A stretch of 64,000 nucleotides of DNA from an uncultured Eubacteriales bacterium (GTDB lineage: Bacteria > Bacillota > Clostridia > Christensenellales > Pumilibacteraceae): the NCBI GenBank assembly GCA_900543755.1, contig UQSP01000003.1, positions 2,747 through 66,746 of the forward strand, written 5' to 3'. Every line of letters starts with the position of its first letter. The stretch's first letter is position 1. The notes under the pieces were generated by a model. That model had not been told where the DNA came from, did not search any database, and saw only the letters and a list, made by a program, of their open reading frames with translations. A program made the translations under genes and the position numbers. This document shows positions 41,176 through 51,530 of the stretch, piece after piece.

Positions 41176-42159
41176 ATGAAAGTAACCATTTCAGACATAG
41201 CCAAAATTGCAAAATGCTCCGTCAGCACGGTGTCAAAGGCACTGTCCGACTCATCTGACCTCAATGTTAAAACCAAAGAGGAAATTCTGAAGTATGCGGT
41301 GGAGCTAGGGTACAATTTCTCCCGTAAAAAAGCAAATGCAAAGGGAAAAATAGCGGCGTTTGTGCAAAGCACCAAATTGGATACCATCAGGTTCGAGTAT
41401 CAGATGCTGTTCAATTTTAACCTTATTGCCGGCAGAAACGGTTACGATGTGGAAATTATTCAGAAAAACACGTCCGATCACCTTTGGGAATACCGCCATG
41501 AAACGGAGGGCAAGGATTACGCGGGGGTTTTCTTACTGCGCACCAGCGATATAGAGCGTGTCAGGGAAGATATTATGAAAAGCTCTTTGCCGATAGTGGC
41601 GTTCGACCAGGAATTCGACCGGGAAAACGCCGCGTCGGTGGGCTGCGACAACGCTTGCGGCATTAAACTTGCAGTGCAGCACCTTGTGGCGCTGGGGCAC
41701 AAAAAAATCGCGTTCTACGGCGGCTCGCCGACGGCGCTTGTGTCGATTGAAAGGAAAAAAAGTTTCATTCTTTCCATGCGCGCAAACGATATTCCCGTTT
41801 ATCCCGAGCTCATCGCGGAAAGCAACTTTTCCCAGAATTTCGCGCCGTACATAATTCCCGACTTTATAGAAAACGGCGCTACGGCAATAGTGTGCGCATC
41901 CGACCTTCTTGCCAAATACGCCGTGGACGAAATCGTCAGAAACGGACTTAGCGTGCCAAACGATATCTCCGTCGTGGGCTTCGACAACGTACCCATAGCC
42001 GAGGAAGTCGGTCTTACTACCGTAAACCAGAACATTGCGGAAATAGGAAAAAGCGCGTTTTATCTTCTCGACAACCTCATCAACGGCGTTCCCGTAAACA
42101 GACTTACTTTCAGGCCTCGGCTTGTCGTAAGGCAATCTACCTCAAAGCTCTTACCTTAA
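41176..42159 (+). CDS. LacI family transcriptional regulator
   Basis: An N-terminal HTH (MKVTISDIAKIAKCSVSTVSKAL) is joined to a periplasmic-binding-protein-like sugar sensor domain. Confidence 0.85.
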   Translation: MKVTISDIAKIAKCSVSTVSKALSDSSDLNVKTKEEILKYAVELGYNFSRKKANAKGKIAAFVQSTKLDTIRFEYQMLFNFNLIAGRNGYDVEIIQKNTSDHLWEYRHETEGKDYAGVFLLRTSDIERVREDIMKSSLPIVAFDQEFDRENAASVGCDNACGIKLAVQHLVALGHKKIAFYGGSPTALVSIERKKSFILSMRANDIPVYPELIAESNFSQNFAPYIIPDFIENGATAIVCASDLLAKYAVDEIVRNGLSVPNDISVVGFDNVPIAEEVGLTTVNQNIAEIGKSAFYLLDNLINGVPVNRLTFRPRLVVRQSTSKLLP

Positions 42160-42206
42160 AGGCGCCATACAGGGTTATCGACCTTAAAGCTTCATATTTC
42201 TTACGT

Positions 42207-42434
42207 TTTACACGTAATCAAGACATTCATTCTTCTTCATACTCCTTATTTTTGTCATCGGGCGACGGGACGCATTATGTCCGGTTGTCCTTTGACGTTT
42301 TAAAATCCGCGACTGAGTTTGTTTTTATGCCGCGGATTTTTATTATTTTTTTTGCTTGGGTAACTATTAAATCATCTCGTTGCTTTTAAGGTGCCCGCGA
42401 GCGTTAAAAATAAGCCGCGCGGTTAAAAACAATG
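42207..42434. repeat. Copy 1 of a ~210-bp intergenic repeat that is also present at 59405-59620
   Basis: The two copies are about 95% identical over ~205 bp. Each contains an internal bidirectional terminator AAAATCCGCG-N18-CGCGGATTTT, the small hairpin GGGACGCATTATGTCC and CCGCGAGCG...GCCGCGCGG. On the minus strand each ends in ATAAGGAGTATGAAGAAG. Confidence 0.85.
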
Positions 42435-42664
42435 TGAGAGAAAGAAGAGGAGAGAGTTTAAATTGGGCAGAGAAAAAAAGAAACGATGCGGAGGGCAAAG
42501 GCGATGCAAATTGCTGATTCGTTCGGGGGGAAGGCGGCTAGCTTATTACAATGTCGGCGCAGCGTTATTCAAATATGGATAAAAAAAGCTTATGATGCAT
42601 TACAATAAGAGTTTTATGCGACAAATCAAACAGTATTATGATCCGATATGAAAAATTAAGCATC

Positions 42665-43612
42665 TCAGTAAATTATTCTTAATGTTATGTCCTGCGCGTA
42701 GTCGCCGAAGTTTTTGCCGAAGATGTTTATTCCGCCGCAGTGAACGGCGTCGTGTTTAACGCCTATTTTAACCGAAACGTACGGGCTGTCATAAAGGGCT
42801 AAATTTTTAAGATTAACGTAGCTCATGAAAGCGTTGTTCATGGTGGTGCCGCTGTCGGTGACATGCCAGTTGGTAAGAGTGCCGTACTGGGTATGCGTGC
42901 TGGGCCAGTAGGGAGGGTTAAACTGACCCCTGCGACCGCCGAAGTCCCCGGGACAGGTCCATGTTCCTATTTCAACGTCGTTAATCCAGACGGTTATGTC
43001 GGATTTAAAGTCGTTGTTGTAAAGAGGCGCCTCGGAGCATGCTTCGAAAGAAAGCTCTATGCGCTTGATTTCCTGTTTGGCGTCGCGCGGGGGCGCGCTT
43101 ATGCGGTATTCCACCAATCCTTTGGAAAACCAGATCAGCGCGGCTTCAAACCGTCTGGGCGAAAAGAAAAGCGAAGTGTCGTCGTCAAGTCCTATGCGCT
43201 CTTCTTTGCTTACCATTCCGCATGGGGCGACAATGTTTTCGTACGTCGAAAACGAGCCTATGGGAATATTATGTTCTATTTTCAAGGCGTGTTCGTGCCG
43301 CATTTCCAATAGCTGATCGAAAAGCGTAATCTGGATGGCATCGCAACTGCGGTAACAGGTTCGGGTTTTCCCGGTGGTCGTGCAGGTTGTCCCCGTAAAC
43401 AGAAGACCAGCGTTTTCCAGTAAATTTATGTTAAGCGCGGTACTGGATATGGGCTGCTTAAGCGTAAGCGCGATTTCTTTGACGCTCATGCTGGAGAACA
43501 ACAAAAGTTTCAGTATATCTATTCTGACGGGAGAAGACAAGGCTTTTGCAAGGTTTAAAATCTTCTCTTCGTCGTCCAGCGTCAGATTTATCGGATAAAG
43601 CATAGGCAACAT
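42665..43612 (-). CDS. ArsR/SmtB-type winged-HTH regulator fused to a ~200-aa uncharacterised C-terminal domain
   Basis: The N-terminus SSPVRIDILKLLLFSSMSVKEIALTLKQPISSTALNINLLENAGLL is a typical ArsR HTH. The C-terminal domain (...FGGRRGQFNPPYWPSTHTQYGTLTNWHV...) has no family I can assign. Confidence 0.6.
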   Translation of the reverse strand: MLPMLYPINLTLDDEEKILNLAKALSSPVRIDILKLLLFSSMSVKEIALTLKQPISSTALNINLLENAGLLFTGTTCTTTGKTRTCYRSCDAIQITLFDQLLEMRHEHALKIEHNIPIGSFSTYENIVAPCGMVSKEERIGLDDDTSLFFSPRRFEAALIWFSKGLVEYRISAPPRDAKQEIKRIELSFEACSEAPLYNNDFKSDITVWINDVEIGTWTCPGDFGGRRGQFNPPYWPSTHTQYGTLTNWHVTDSGTTMNNAFMSYVNLKNLALYDSPYVSVKIGVKHDAVHCGGINIFGKNFGDYAQDITLRIIY

Positions 43613-43931
43613 TCCCCCTTTTATTCTCCGATTATATCAGCATGCACGGTATCTTGTCAACGAACTTTTTCAGCATTTTTGAATTTCTGTATACAACAAT
43701 ATGTAAAAAAATGGAAAAGTTAAAAATTATTATATCTGCAAAACTAAAAAATTCAGAATTTTGCCGATTTTATAAATAGTAAAAATTTTGATTGATAAGG
43801 GATTCCATAAATTTTAATTGTTGTATAATTTTTTCAAGGCAAAATTATGGAAACGTATTGTCATATCATTTACTTGTATTTATAATATTGTTATATTTCA
43901 ATTTTTGAACACTATAGAGGAACTTTTTAAG

Positions 43932-45668
43932 ATGAGAGACGATTTTCCGCAGCCGCAATCGAAAAGGAGGAAGTGGCAGACTCTTAACGGACAATGGGAG
44001 TTTGCTTTCGGCGACGAAACCGCCGGATTTAATCCTTTTGGAAATGATGCTTATCCTTTGTCTATAAACGTGCCTTTCGCTTACCAGTGCGAATTAAGCG
44101 GAATAGGGGATAAGAACGTGCACGAAAACGTTTGGTACAGAAGGAATTTCGTTTTAAGTCCTATGCTTAGGGAGTGTAAGGGCGTAGTGCTTAAATTTCT
44201 TGCCTGCGATTACGCCTGCACCGTATGGCTTAACGGCAGGTTTGTTTTGACGCACGAAGGTGGTTATGACGCTTTTTCCGCAGACGTTACAAAATATCTT
44301 GTTCCGGGGGAGCAGATTATAGTCGTAAAAGTTACGGACAGTTTGTCTAAGACCCAGCCCCGCGGCAAACAAACCTGGCTGGATCGGTCGCAGCGGTGCT
44401 GGTACCTGCCCACGACCGGAATTTGGCAAAGCGTATGGCTGGAAGGAAACAACGGCGATTACATAGAAAATTATCGCATATCTCCCGATCCGGACAGGTT
44501 GACGGTTACGCTGGATTTATATACGGCTTACGGCAATGCTGACGGGTTAAGCGCAACTGTAATTTCGCCTTCAAGAGAAAAATACACCTTAAACTGCGAA
44601 GCAATCGGAACGGCGCACAAGCTTACGCTGGACGTAAAGCGGCCTGACCCGATTGACGGCGTGCATCTGTGGTCGCCCGAAAATCCCGTAATTTACGGGC
44701 TGAGCATAACGCTTAAAAAACAGGACGAAATTCTGGACGAGGTGGAAACTTACTTTGCCTTTCGCAGCGTTTACGTCAAAGGCGACAAAATATATCTAAA
44801 TCACAAGCCTTTAACAATGAAACTTGTGCTGGACCAGGGTTACTGGGCGGACGGAGGGATGACCGCACCCGATGCGGAAGCGTTTAAACGAGACATTACC
44901 CTTGCCAAGAAGATGGGCTTCAACGGAGCGCGCAAGCATCAGAAGGCGGAGGATCCCTATTTTTACTACTATGCCGATATGCTGGGATTTCTGGTATGGG
45001 CGGAAACTCCGAGCTGTTACGAGTTTTCCGTTAAATCCGTAAAGGCTCTTACTTCGGCGCATGCAAGACTTATTGAAAAAGTGTACAATCATCCGTCGGT
45101 AATAGCTTACGTACCGCTGAACGAAAGTTGGGGCACGGGTGAAATTCTTTATGACAAGCGGCAAAAAGCATTTGCAAAGTCGCTTTACCATCTTACCAAA
45201 GCCATGGACGACACAAGGCTGGTGATTACCAACGACGGATGGGAAAATGTCGAAGCAACCGACGTGGTGACGGTCCACGATTACTCCAAGTACGGGGAAA
45301 ACTTCTCCGAAAAATACCGCGCGCCGAAAAACGATCTTTATCCCATGTGGAAAAGGCTTATGGCGTTCGGCGAGAATTTGCCCGACCTGCCCGTAATGCT
45401 ATCCGAATACGGCGGAATCACCGTTTCAAAGGACGGCGGATGGGGGTACAGCGGGGCGGAAAAGGGGGAGGAGGATTTCCTCAAAAGGTTTGAAAAGCTT
45501 AACGAAAACGCTTTCAGCGGTGTGTTCTGCGGGGTGTGTTACACTCAGCTTACAGACGTGGAAAAGGAAACCAACGGGCTTCTGGACGAGCGGCACAATC
45601 CCAAATATTCCGTCAGCGCTATAAGAGAAATTATGGATAAATTCGACGAAAAGGAGAAGATATTATGA
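43932..45668 (+). CDS. Glycoside hydrolase family 2 protein
   Basis: The likely start is the ATG at 43932 behind an AGAGGA RBS. The ORF in the supplied track begins at 43818. The GH2 N-terminal sugar-binding domain (NVWYRRNF...VWLNGRFVLTHEGGYDAFSADVT) and a downstream TIM-barrel region are present. Confidence 0.7.
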   Translation: MRDDFPQPQSKRRKWQTLNGQWEFAFGDETAGFNPFGNDAYPLSINVPFAYQCELSGIGDKNVHENVWYRRNFVLSPMLRECKGVVLKFLACDYACTVWLNGRFVLTHEGGYDAFSADVTKYLVPGEQIIVVKVTDSLSKTQPRGKQTWLDRSQRCWYLPTTGIWQSVWLEGNNGDYIENYRISPDPDRLTVTLDLYTAYGNADGLSATVISPSREKYTLNCEAIGTAHKLTLDVKRPDPIDGVHLWSPENPVIYGLSITLKKQDEILDEVETYFAFRSVYVKGDKIYLNHKPLTMKLVLDQGYWADGGMTAPDAEAFKRDITLAKKMGFNGARKHQKAEDPYFYYYADMLGFLVWAETPSCYEFSVKSVKALTSAHARLIEKVYNHPSVIAYVPLNESWGTGEILYDKRQKAFAKSLYHLTKAMDDTRLVITNDGWENVEATDVVTVHDYSKYGENFSEKYRAPKNDLYPMWKRLMAFGENLPDLPVMLSEYGGITVSKDGGWGYSGAEKGEEDFLKRFEKLNENAFSGVFCGVCYTQLTDVEKETNGLLDERHNPKYSVSAIREIMDKFDEKEKIL

Positions 45669-47554
45669 AAAAAATAGTTTGTTTTCTGCTTGCTTTATTG
45701 CTTTTCACGCCTCTTCTCACGGCGTGCGGGGGCGGTTCAAGCAACAATATTCAGTTCTGGGTATACGGCTCTTCCGACCAGCTGGATATGTACACGCGCG
45801 TTACCGACGCTTTCAACGATTCGTACGGTAAAGATCACGGCATTAAGGTGGATATCAGCCAAAAACCCAACGGCAGCTACGGTCAGACGGTTCAGGTGTC
45901 TTCCACAAGCTCTTCGGGGCCCGACGTGTTTCTGGTTGCCGAGGCGGAGTTCAAATCCTGGATTATAGGTCAGTATTTCTGTCCCATTCAGGAATACGTG
46001 GATAAGATCACCGATATCAGCTTAGGCGATATTATGCCTACCACGGTTAACAGATTGCGTTACAACGTGGAAACAAACACTTCTCACGTTGACGATCCGT
46101 TATACGGATTGCCGCTGGACACTCAACCCACCGCGCTTTACTACAACCGTACGATGTTCGAAAAAGCCGGCATTATCGAAATAAGCGTGGATGAAAATAA
46201 TCTCGACGCGTGGAATGCAGGCGAAATTGCGGATAACAACGGCAAAATGAAAAGCGACTTCCCCGCGCTTAACGGTATTACCGTGCCCAAAAAAGGCTAT
46301 TATCGCAGCGTCAATCCCTACTACTACGACGGCGACCGCACCCGCGGCTGGATAAAACCCGATTTCGAAAACGGCGAAGTTGCCGTGTTCAACAATCGTA
46401 TAGCCATGAACTGGGATGAGGTTGAAGACCTTGCCATGCTGTTTTCGGGGAGATATAACCCCAAAGCCGGCGAGGAAAATAAAGCCGATCCCGTCACAGA
46501 ATTCGGCACACAGTACGGTTATTTTACGGAGTGGTGGTTCAACTACGGCTGGTCGGTGGGCGGCGACTGTCTTAACGACCTAACGGGCAGCGGCGAATGG
46601 AACTTCTCGCTTCTCGACCCCAATCCCAATTACGTCGTCATGGACGGCACTTTTACGGGAAGGACGGGTACGGTTTACAACGAAGGCGAAACAATAAGCT
46701 TTATTGATAAAATGAATATTCTTTCCGTGGACGGAAAGGACGAAGTGCTTGTGCCAGACGATTACGGTGATTACTATCACGCCGACGAGTCTTTGGGTAA
46801 AGCGGGCATTTGGGAAGGAATTCAGGCGGGCCTTGATGCCGGCGTGCTCAGTCAGCTGCCTTCGACCCGCGACGCTTTCAGCCGTTATCTCAAGCTGGGC
46901 GCCAAAAGCAACGCGGTAATCGACGGCGAAAACGGTCTGGACATTTCCCCCAACCCCTCGACTTTCTCCGCGCGTACTTCCATGAACTATTTCTTCTCGG
47001 GTAATCTTGCGATACTGGCGCAGTCCTCCGTTTACATGGCGGACTTGTCGGAAGAAGCAAAGGCTCGCGGCTTTTCCTGGGACGTAGCGCCTCTTGTCGT
47101 TTATAAGGAATACGAAGATCCTTCCGACCCCGACTGCGACACCGTAAAAGCCCAGGGCAAACAGGCCGGACACAGCAATTCGCTGTCTATGGTCGTGCGC
47201 ACGGGTTCGGAAAAAAAGGATGACGCAGTGCGCTTTATGATGTGGATGGCAAGCGAGGAAGGCCAGCGCATACGTGCGTCCATAGGCTTTTTCCCCAATC
47301 AGAAGTCTTTGCTGCCCGAAGTAGAGTTCAAAAAAGGCGTCGCGCCCGGCAATGTCCGCGTGTTCAGCGAAGCGCTGGAATTTCAGGGCCCGGGCGACTG
47401 GTGGTATATGCCCGATCACGTATGGGTGGAGAAGTGGTGCGTTGACCTTAATGCCGAGGTAAGAAACGGCCTTATGACTTACGAAGAGTGGTATTCGCCC
47501 GCTATCAAGAGGACTAACGAATGGTTACAGCAGTACAAAAAATACAGCAGATAA
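45665..47554 (+). CDS. Carbohydrate ABC transporter substrate-binding lipoprotein (long form, 629 aa)
   Basis: It has a lipobox (LLTACGG) and the SBP family 1 fold. It overlaps the upstream stop by 4 nt. Confidence 0.8.
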   Translation: MKKIVCFLLALLLFTPLLTACGGGSSNNIQFWVYGSSDQLDMYTRVTDAFNDSYGKDHGIKVDISQKPNGSYGQTVQVSSTSSSGPDVFLVAEAEFKSWIIGQYFCPIQEYVDKITDISLGDIMPTTVNRLRYNVETNTSHVDDPLYGLPLDTQPTALYYNRTMFEKAGIIEISVDENNLDAWNAGEIADNNGKMKSDFPALNGITVPKKGYYRSVNPYYYDGDRTRGWIKPDFENGEVAVFNNRIAMNWDEVEDLAMLFSGRYNPKAGEENKADPVTEFGTQYGYFTEWWFNYGWSVGGDCLNDLTGSGEWNFSLLDPNPNYVVMDGTFTGRTGTVYNEGETISFIDKMNILSVDGKDEVLVPDDYGDYYHADESLGKAGIWEGIQAGLDAGVLSQLPSTRDAFSRYLKLGAKSNAVIDGENGLDISPNPSTFSARTSMNYFFSGNLAILAQSSVYMADLSEEAKARGFSWDVAPLVVYKEYEDPSDPDCDTVKAQGKQAGHSNSLSMVVRTGSEKKDDAVRFMMWMASEEGQRIRASIGFFPNQKSLLPEVEFKKGVAPGNVRVFSEALEFQGPGDWWYMPDHVWVEKWCVDLNAEVRNGLMTYEEWYSPAIKRTNEWLQQYKKYSR

Positions 47555-47565
47555 GGAATTGAAAA

Positions 47566-48513
47566 ATGGATTGCTACGGTAAGTATTTGCACGTTAGAAG
47601 CGACGCGGAGAAAAAGGCGCGGAGAAGAAAAATACTTCGGCGGAATCTCATCGCCACAGCAATGGCATCTCCGCCGTTCATAGGTTTTTTGCTGTTCACC
47701 ACGTTGCCCATGATAATTTCGCTTGCAATTTCATTTACGGAATTGCATTCTTACAACCTGTCTCTTGCAAAGTTCACTGGGTTCGGCAATTACGTCGAAG
47801 TTTTAAGATCCGATATGCTTTGGACGGCTGTGCTGAACACGCTTTATTACTGTCTGTCCGTTCCGCTTAATCTGTGTCTTGCGCTGTTTATCGCAAACGT
47901 GCTTACGCGTAAAATCGTATGCGGAAAAGCGGTGCGCGTCATACTGTTCATTCCGCAGGTGTGTTCTTCCGTTGCGGTTACGCTTATGTGGCAATGGATT
48001 TTCGAGGACAATTACGGCGTCATAAACACGGTTTTAAGCGCGCTTAACATCCCCAAAATTCACTTTATGACGGATAAAAACTGGTTTATGCCCGCGGTGC
48101 TCACCATAAGTCTGTGGCAAAACGGAACCAACGTGGTTTTGCTTGAGGCGGCGTTCGTCAATATCAATAAGTCGCTTCAGGAGGCGGCGCGCATTGACGG
48201 CGCAAGCGAAAGACGCGTATTCTGGCGTGTTACGCTTCCCGGACTTACGCCCACGGTTTTCTACATGGTTACCATGAACCTCATCACCGCGCTTCAGGAA
48301 CAAACCGTGATGCAGATCATCACCACCAACGGCGTGGGGCCGGGTTACAGGGCGCTTACGCTTGTGTATTACATTTACCGGATGGCGTTTACTTACACTT
48401 CTACCATGGGTATGGGCATGGCGTGCGCCTTAAGCTGGATAGTCGCGCTTATAATTATCATAATTATGCGCATAAATTTCAAGCTTGGACAGAAATGGGT
48501 TTGTTACGATTGA
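47566..48513 (+). CDS. Sugar ABC transporter permease (MalF/UgpA type)
   Basis: Six predicted TM helices and the EAA-like loop in the ABC transmembrane type-1 domain. Confidence 0.85.
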   Translation: MDCYGKYLHVRSDAEKKARRRKILRRNLIATAMASPPFIGFLLFTTLPMIISLAISFTELHSYNLSLAKFTGFGNYVEVLRSDMLWTAVLNTLYYCLSVPLNLCLALFIANVLTRKIVCGKAVRVILFIPQVCSSVAVTLMWQWIFEDNYGVINTVLSALNIPKIHFMTDKNWFMPAVLTISLWQNGTNVVLLEAAFVNINKSLQEAARIDGASERRVFWRVTLPGLTPTVFYMVTMNLITALQEQTVMQIITTNGVGPGYRALTLVYYIYRMAFTYTSTMGMGMACALSWIVALIIIIIMRINFKLGQKWVCYD

Positions 48514-48526
48514 GGAGGCAACTGAA

Positions 48527-49414
48527 ATGAAAAACGATGTTTTCCTGAACGATGCGGCGTTCGTACCCGCAAAAAAGAAAAGGAATCCGCTTATAGGCTC
48601 TCATATCATAATTCTGTTTGCCGTCCTGTTTGTGCTTCTGCCCACCTACATAATGCTTATTACCTCTTTTACTTCCGCGATAGAGGCTAATAACGCGGCT
48701 TTCCGCTGGTGGCCGGAATCCGGACTTACTTTAAGCGGCTACATAAAGGCGTTTACGCGTAAAACGGCGGGCAATTCGCTTTTGCGCTCCTTCGGCAACA
48801 CCATGTGGATTTATATGCCCGCTACGATTGTGGGTGTGTTTGTAAGTTCCATGGCGGCGTTCGCGTTTGCAAAACTGGATTTTTACCTTAAAAAGCCGAT
48901 GTTCGCCATACTTCTTGCGTCGCTTACGCTTCCCAATTGCATCGGTATAATAGCTTCTTTTCTTATGTTTGACGCGATAGGCTGGATAAATACCGCTTTG
49001 CCGCTCATGATACCCAGAATGCTTGGAAGCGTGGGCGTGGTTTTCTTCCTAAGGCAGTATTTTATGGGAATCCCCGATGACCTTGTGGGCGCGGCAAGCA
49101 TCGACGGACTGGGCGAAATAGGGGTTTATTTCAAAATCATGCTGCCTATCGCCGTACCCGCGCTGATTTCGCAGTTTATTCTTAACTTCATCATAGGTTA
49201 CAACGATTATCTTCCTCCGCTTCTGTATCTGCAAAACGCAAAAATGTACACTCTTCAGATTTCGCTTGCTTTTTTCGCCGAGGCTTACGTTCAGGACTGG
49301 CCGCTCAGAATGGCCGGTTGCGTCATATCCATGGTACCTCTCATCGTTCTTTATCTGATTTCCCAAAAATACATTCTCAAGGGCGTTGCTATTTCTTCGG
49401 GACTTAAAGGTTAA
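48527..49414 (+). CDS. Sugar ABC transporter permease (MalG/UgpE type)
   Basis: The likely start is the ATG at 48527 behind a GAGGAGG RBS. The ORF in the supplied track begins at 48485. The permease core has a conserved DDLVGAASIDGLGEIGVYFKIMLP motif. Confidence 0.85.
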   Translation: MKNDVFLNDAAFVPAKKKRNPLIGSHIIILFAVLFVLLPTYIMLITSFTSAIEANNAAFRWWPESGLTLSGYIKAFTRKTAGNSLLRSFGNTMWIYMPATIVGVFVSSMAAFAFAKLDFYLKKPMFAILLASLTLPNCIGIIASFLMFDAIGWINTALPLMIPRMLGSVGVVFFLRQYFMGIPDDLVGAASIDGLGEIGVYFKIMLPIAVPALISQFILNFIIGYNDYLPPLLYLQNAKMYTLQISLAFFAEAYVQDWPLRMAGCVISMVPLIVLYLISQKYILKGVAISSGLKG

Positions 49415-49442
49415 AAAGATACTGAAAAAAAAGGAGAAATTT

Positions 49443-51509
49443 ATGAAAAAATTCCATTTGCTTGTTTGCCTTACGGTGTGCGCGGTCATTTGCTTTTCGC
49501 TTATCGGCTGCGGCGGAAACTCCGGCTTCAGGCTGTCCTACGCCGACGGCATGAATCTTTCCGAGGGGTACGACACCGATTTATTGTACAAAAACAATTC
49601 CGATTTCTGGGGTGGCGACAGCGGCGTCATCTATGTCAGTAAGGAGCAAAGCGAGGAGTACGGCGGCTATTTTTACCAGTATATGTCCGAGTGCGCCGGG
49701 GTAGCCAACGTAATTCCTTCCACCGAAAACGGCGAAACTCCGCCGCTTGAGCACAATGATAAAGGCCCCGCGGTTTATACTTCGCATGTTATGCTTACCC
49801 GCTCCAAAGATCTCAACGACTGGGAAGTGTGCGGCGCCGTGGACAACGGTATGGCGCTTTACGTCGACAAAAACGAGTGGCTGCAAAACGCGCTTTGGGC
49901 ACCCGAGTGCGTTTACGATGAAGTTTCCGGTAAATATTTTTTGTATTTTTCGGCGCGCTCGCAAAAAAACAACGACGAGTTGCGTGCTTTGGGCGCGGTG
50001 TATTCCGACGCCGATGAAAACGACGCGGCGACCAAATGGGACCGCTTTTACCTTGGTATTGCCGTTTCCGACACTCCGGTGGGTCCTTTCAGGCTGGTCA
50101 GTAGCGAAAACGTTTACGGCGACGCTGACGCCGTAAATAAAAACGGCGAAGTCGTTACCGCTATCAATCCCGCTTTTATGCTGGATAAGGAATGCGACGA
50201 ATTGTTCTATACCGACGAGTTCAAAGCAGCGTCTGACTTTAAACAAAAGGACGAAAATTTCGCCGCGATAGACATTCATCCGTTTTTCGATGAAAACGGC
50301 GACTTTTACGTTTATTTCGTTAAGCACGTAAGTTCCGGTAACGTGGAAGGCAATACCATATGGGGAATGAAGATGAAGGACATGATTACGCCCGACTATT
50401 CCACCATAACCATGCTTGCGGCAAACTCCTATCACCGCACGGATATCGCAAATGCAGTGGGTACGGCGGGCAAAACTTTCGTGCGCGTGGAATATAAGGG
50501 TTCTACTTACAACGACCCCGCCTATCCCAGGCACTTGTCAAGTTCTTACGTCCGATACACGACTTACGCCGACGGCAGCGAGCAGGAAAACAACGAGATT
50601 TCGGACGGCGCGGTAGTGGAGGCGCCGCAAATGATCACCTCCCGCGACAAGGACGGCAAAACAGTTTACATTCTGGCATATTCGCCGCGCGGCGTGGGAA
50701 ATTATCAGTACGACGTGAAATTCGCGTATTCCTACAGTCCTTTGGGCAATTTTATAAAACCCACCGAAAAACAGGGCGCTACCATTCTCGGGGTGGATTC
50801 TTCAAACAATTTTATGTCCAACCTTGGGCATGTGCAGTTCCTTAAGGTGGACGGTCAGGACTGGCTGGTGCATTGGGAATGGCCTGCTCCTTTCGCGGGT
50901 AAAGACGCGGGACGTCTGTATGCGCTTGACTCGATAAGCTGGCAGTACGAGGAAAGCCTGGGATTCGATATTCCCGTGTCAAACGGTCCCACGGCTTCGC
51001 TTCAGCCGCTTCCTTCGGTATATTCGGGGTACCGTAACGTAGCGGATAAAGCAAAGGTCAGCGCTACCAACGTAGTCGGCGACAGCGAAAAGTACGTCAA
51101 CGACGGGATGGCGGTGACGATGCCGAGGAACGCGGACAAGGAACTGCGCGTAAAAAACAAGACTACCGTTACGCTGGAGTTTGACGAGCCCGTTTCGATA
51201 CGCGGTCTGCTTATTTATAATTCTTACTCATACGCTTCCGCTTTTAAAAACGTTTCGGAAATAGAATTCTCTCTAGCGGAAAAGCCCGTCTGGCACAACG
51301 GCGACGAAAAATACTGCTTTATATTTGATCTTCCTTTCAACGTAGAGGATTATGCTGTCGGCATAGGCGCGATTCAGCCGGGATCGGCGGCGGTGGCCAC
51401 ATTCAACGAGATCAAGGTTAACAAAATAAAAATCACTTTTGACGCGGACGACAAACTGGGTAGCGGAGACGAACTCCGGATTTCCGAGATTACGGTACTC
51501 GGGAAATAA
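49443..51509 (+). CDS. Secreted lipoprotein glycoside hydrolase, GH43-like five-bladed propeller plus a C-terminal discoidin (F5/8 type C) domain
   Basis: It has a lipobox (FSLIGCGG). ALWAPECVYD (a WAPE motif) and FDENGDFYVYF are propeller-type. The C-terminal ~150 aa are CBM32-like. Confidence 0.45.
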   Translation: MKKFHLLVCLTVCAVICFSLIGCGGNSGFRLSYADGMNLSEGYDTDLLYKNNSDFWGGDSGVIYVSKEQSEEYGGYFYQYMSECAGVANVIPSTENGETPPLEHNDKGPAVYTSHVMLTRSKDLNDWEVCGAVDNGMALYVDKNEWLQNALWAPECVYDEVSGKYFLYFSARSQKNNDELRALGAVYSDADENDAATKWDRFYLGIAVSDTPVGPFRLVSSENVYGDADAVNKNGEVVTAINPAFMLDKECDELFYTDEFKAASDFKQKDENFAAIDIHPFFDENGDFYVYFVKHVSSGNVEGNTIWGMKMKDMITPDYSTITMLAANSYHRTDIANAVGTAGKTFVRVEYKGSTYNDPAYPRHLSSSYVRYTTYADGSEQENNEISDGAVVEAPQMITSRDKDGKTVYILAYSPRGVGNYQYDVKFAYSYSPLGNFIKPTEKQGATILGVDSSNNFMSNLGHVQFLKVDGQDWLVHWEWPAPFAGKDAGRLYALDSISWQYEESLGFDIPVSNGPTASLQPLPSVYSGYRNVADKAKVSATNVVGDSEKYVNDGMAVTMPRNADKELRVKNKTTVTLEFDEPVSIRGLLIYNSYSYASAFKNVSEIEFSLAEKPVWHNGDEKYCFIFDLPFNVEDYAVGIGAIQPGSAAVATFNEIKVNKIKITFDADDKLGSGDELRISEITVLGK

Positions 51510-51530
51510 TCGAAAGGGGGAGATGAAAAT

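Noticed and set aside
42232-42260. RBS+ATG (ATAAGGAGTATGAAGAAG) on the minus strand at the edge of both ~210-bp repeats, considered as the start of a gene
   Set aside because: The reading frames diverge immediately after MKK in the two copies and hit stops after 10 and 46 codons, inside the antisense of unrelated genes. It is probably a relic leader, not a current gene.
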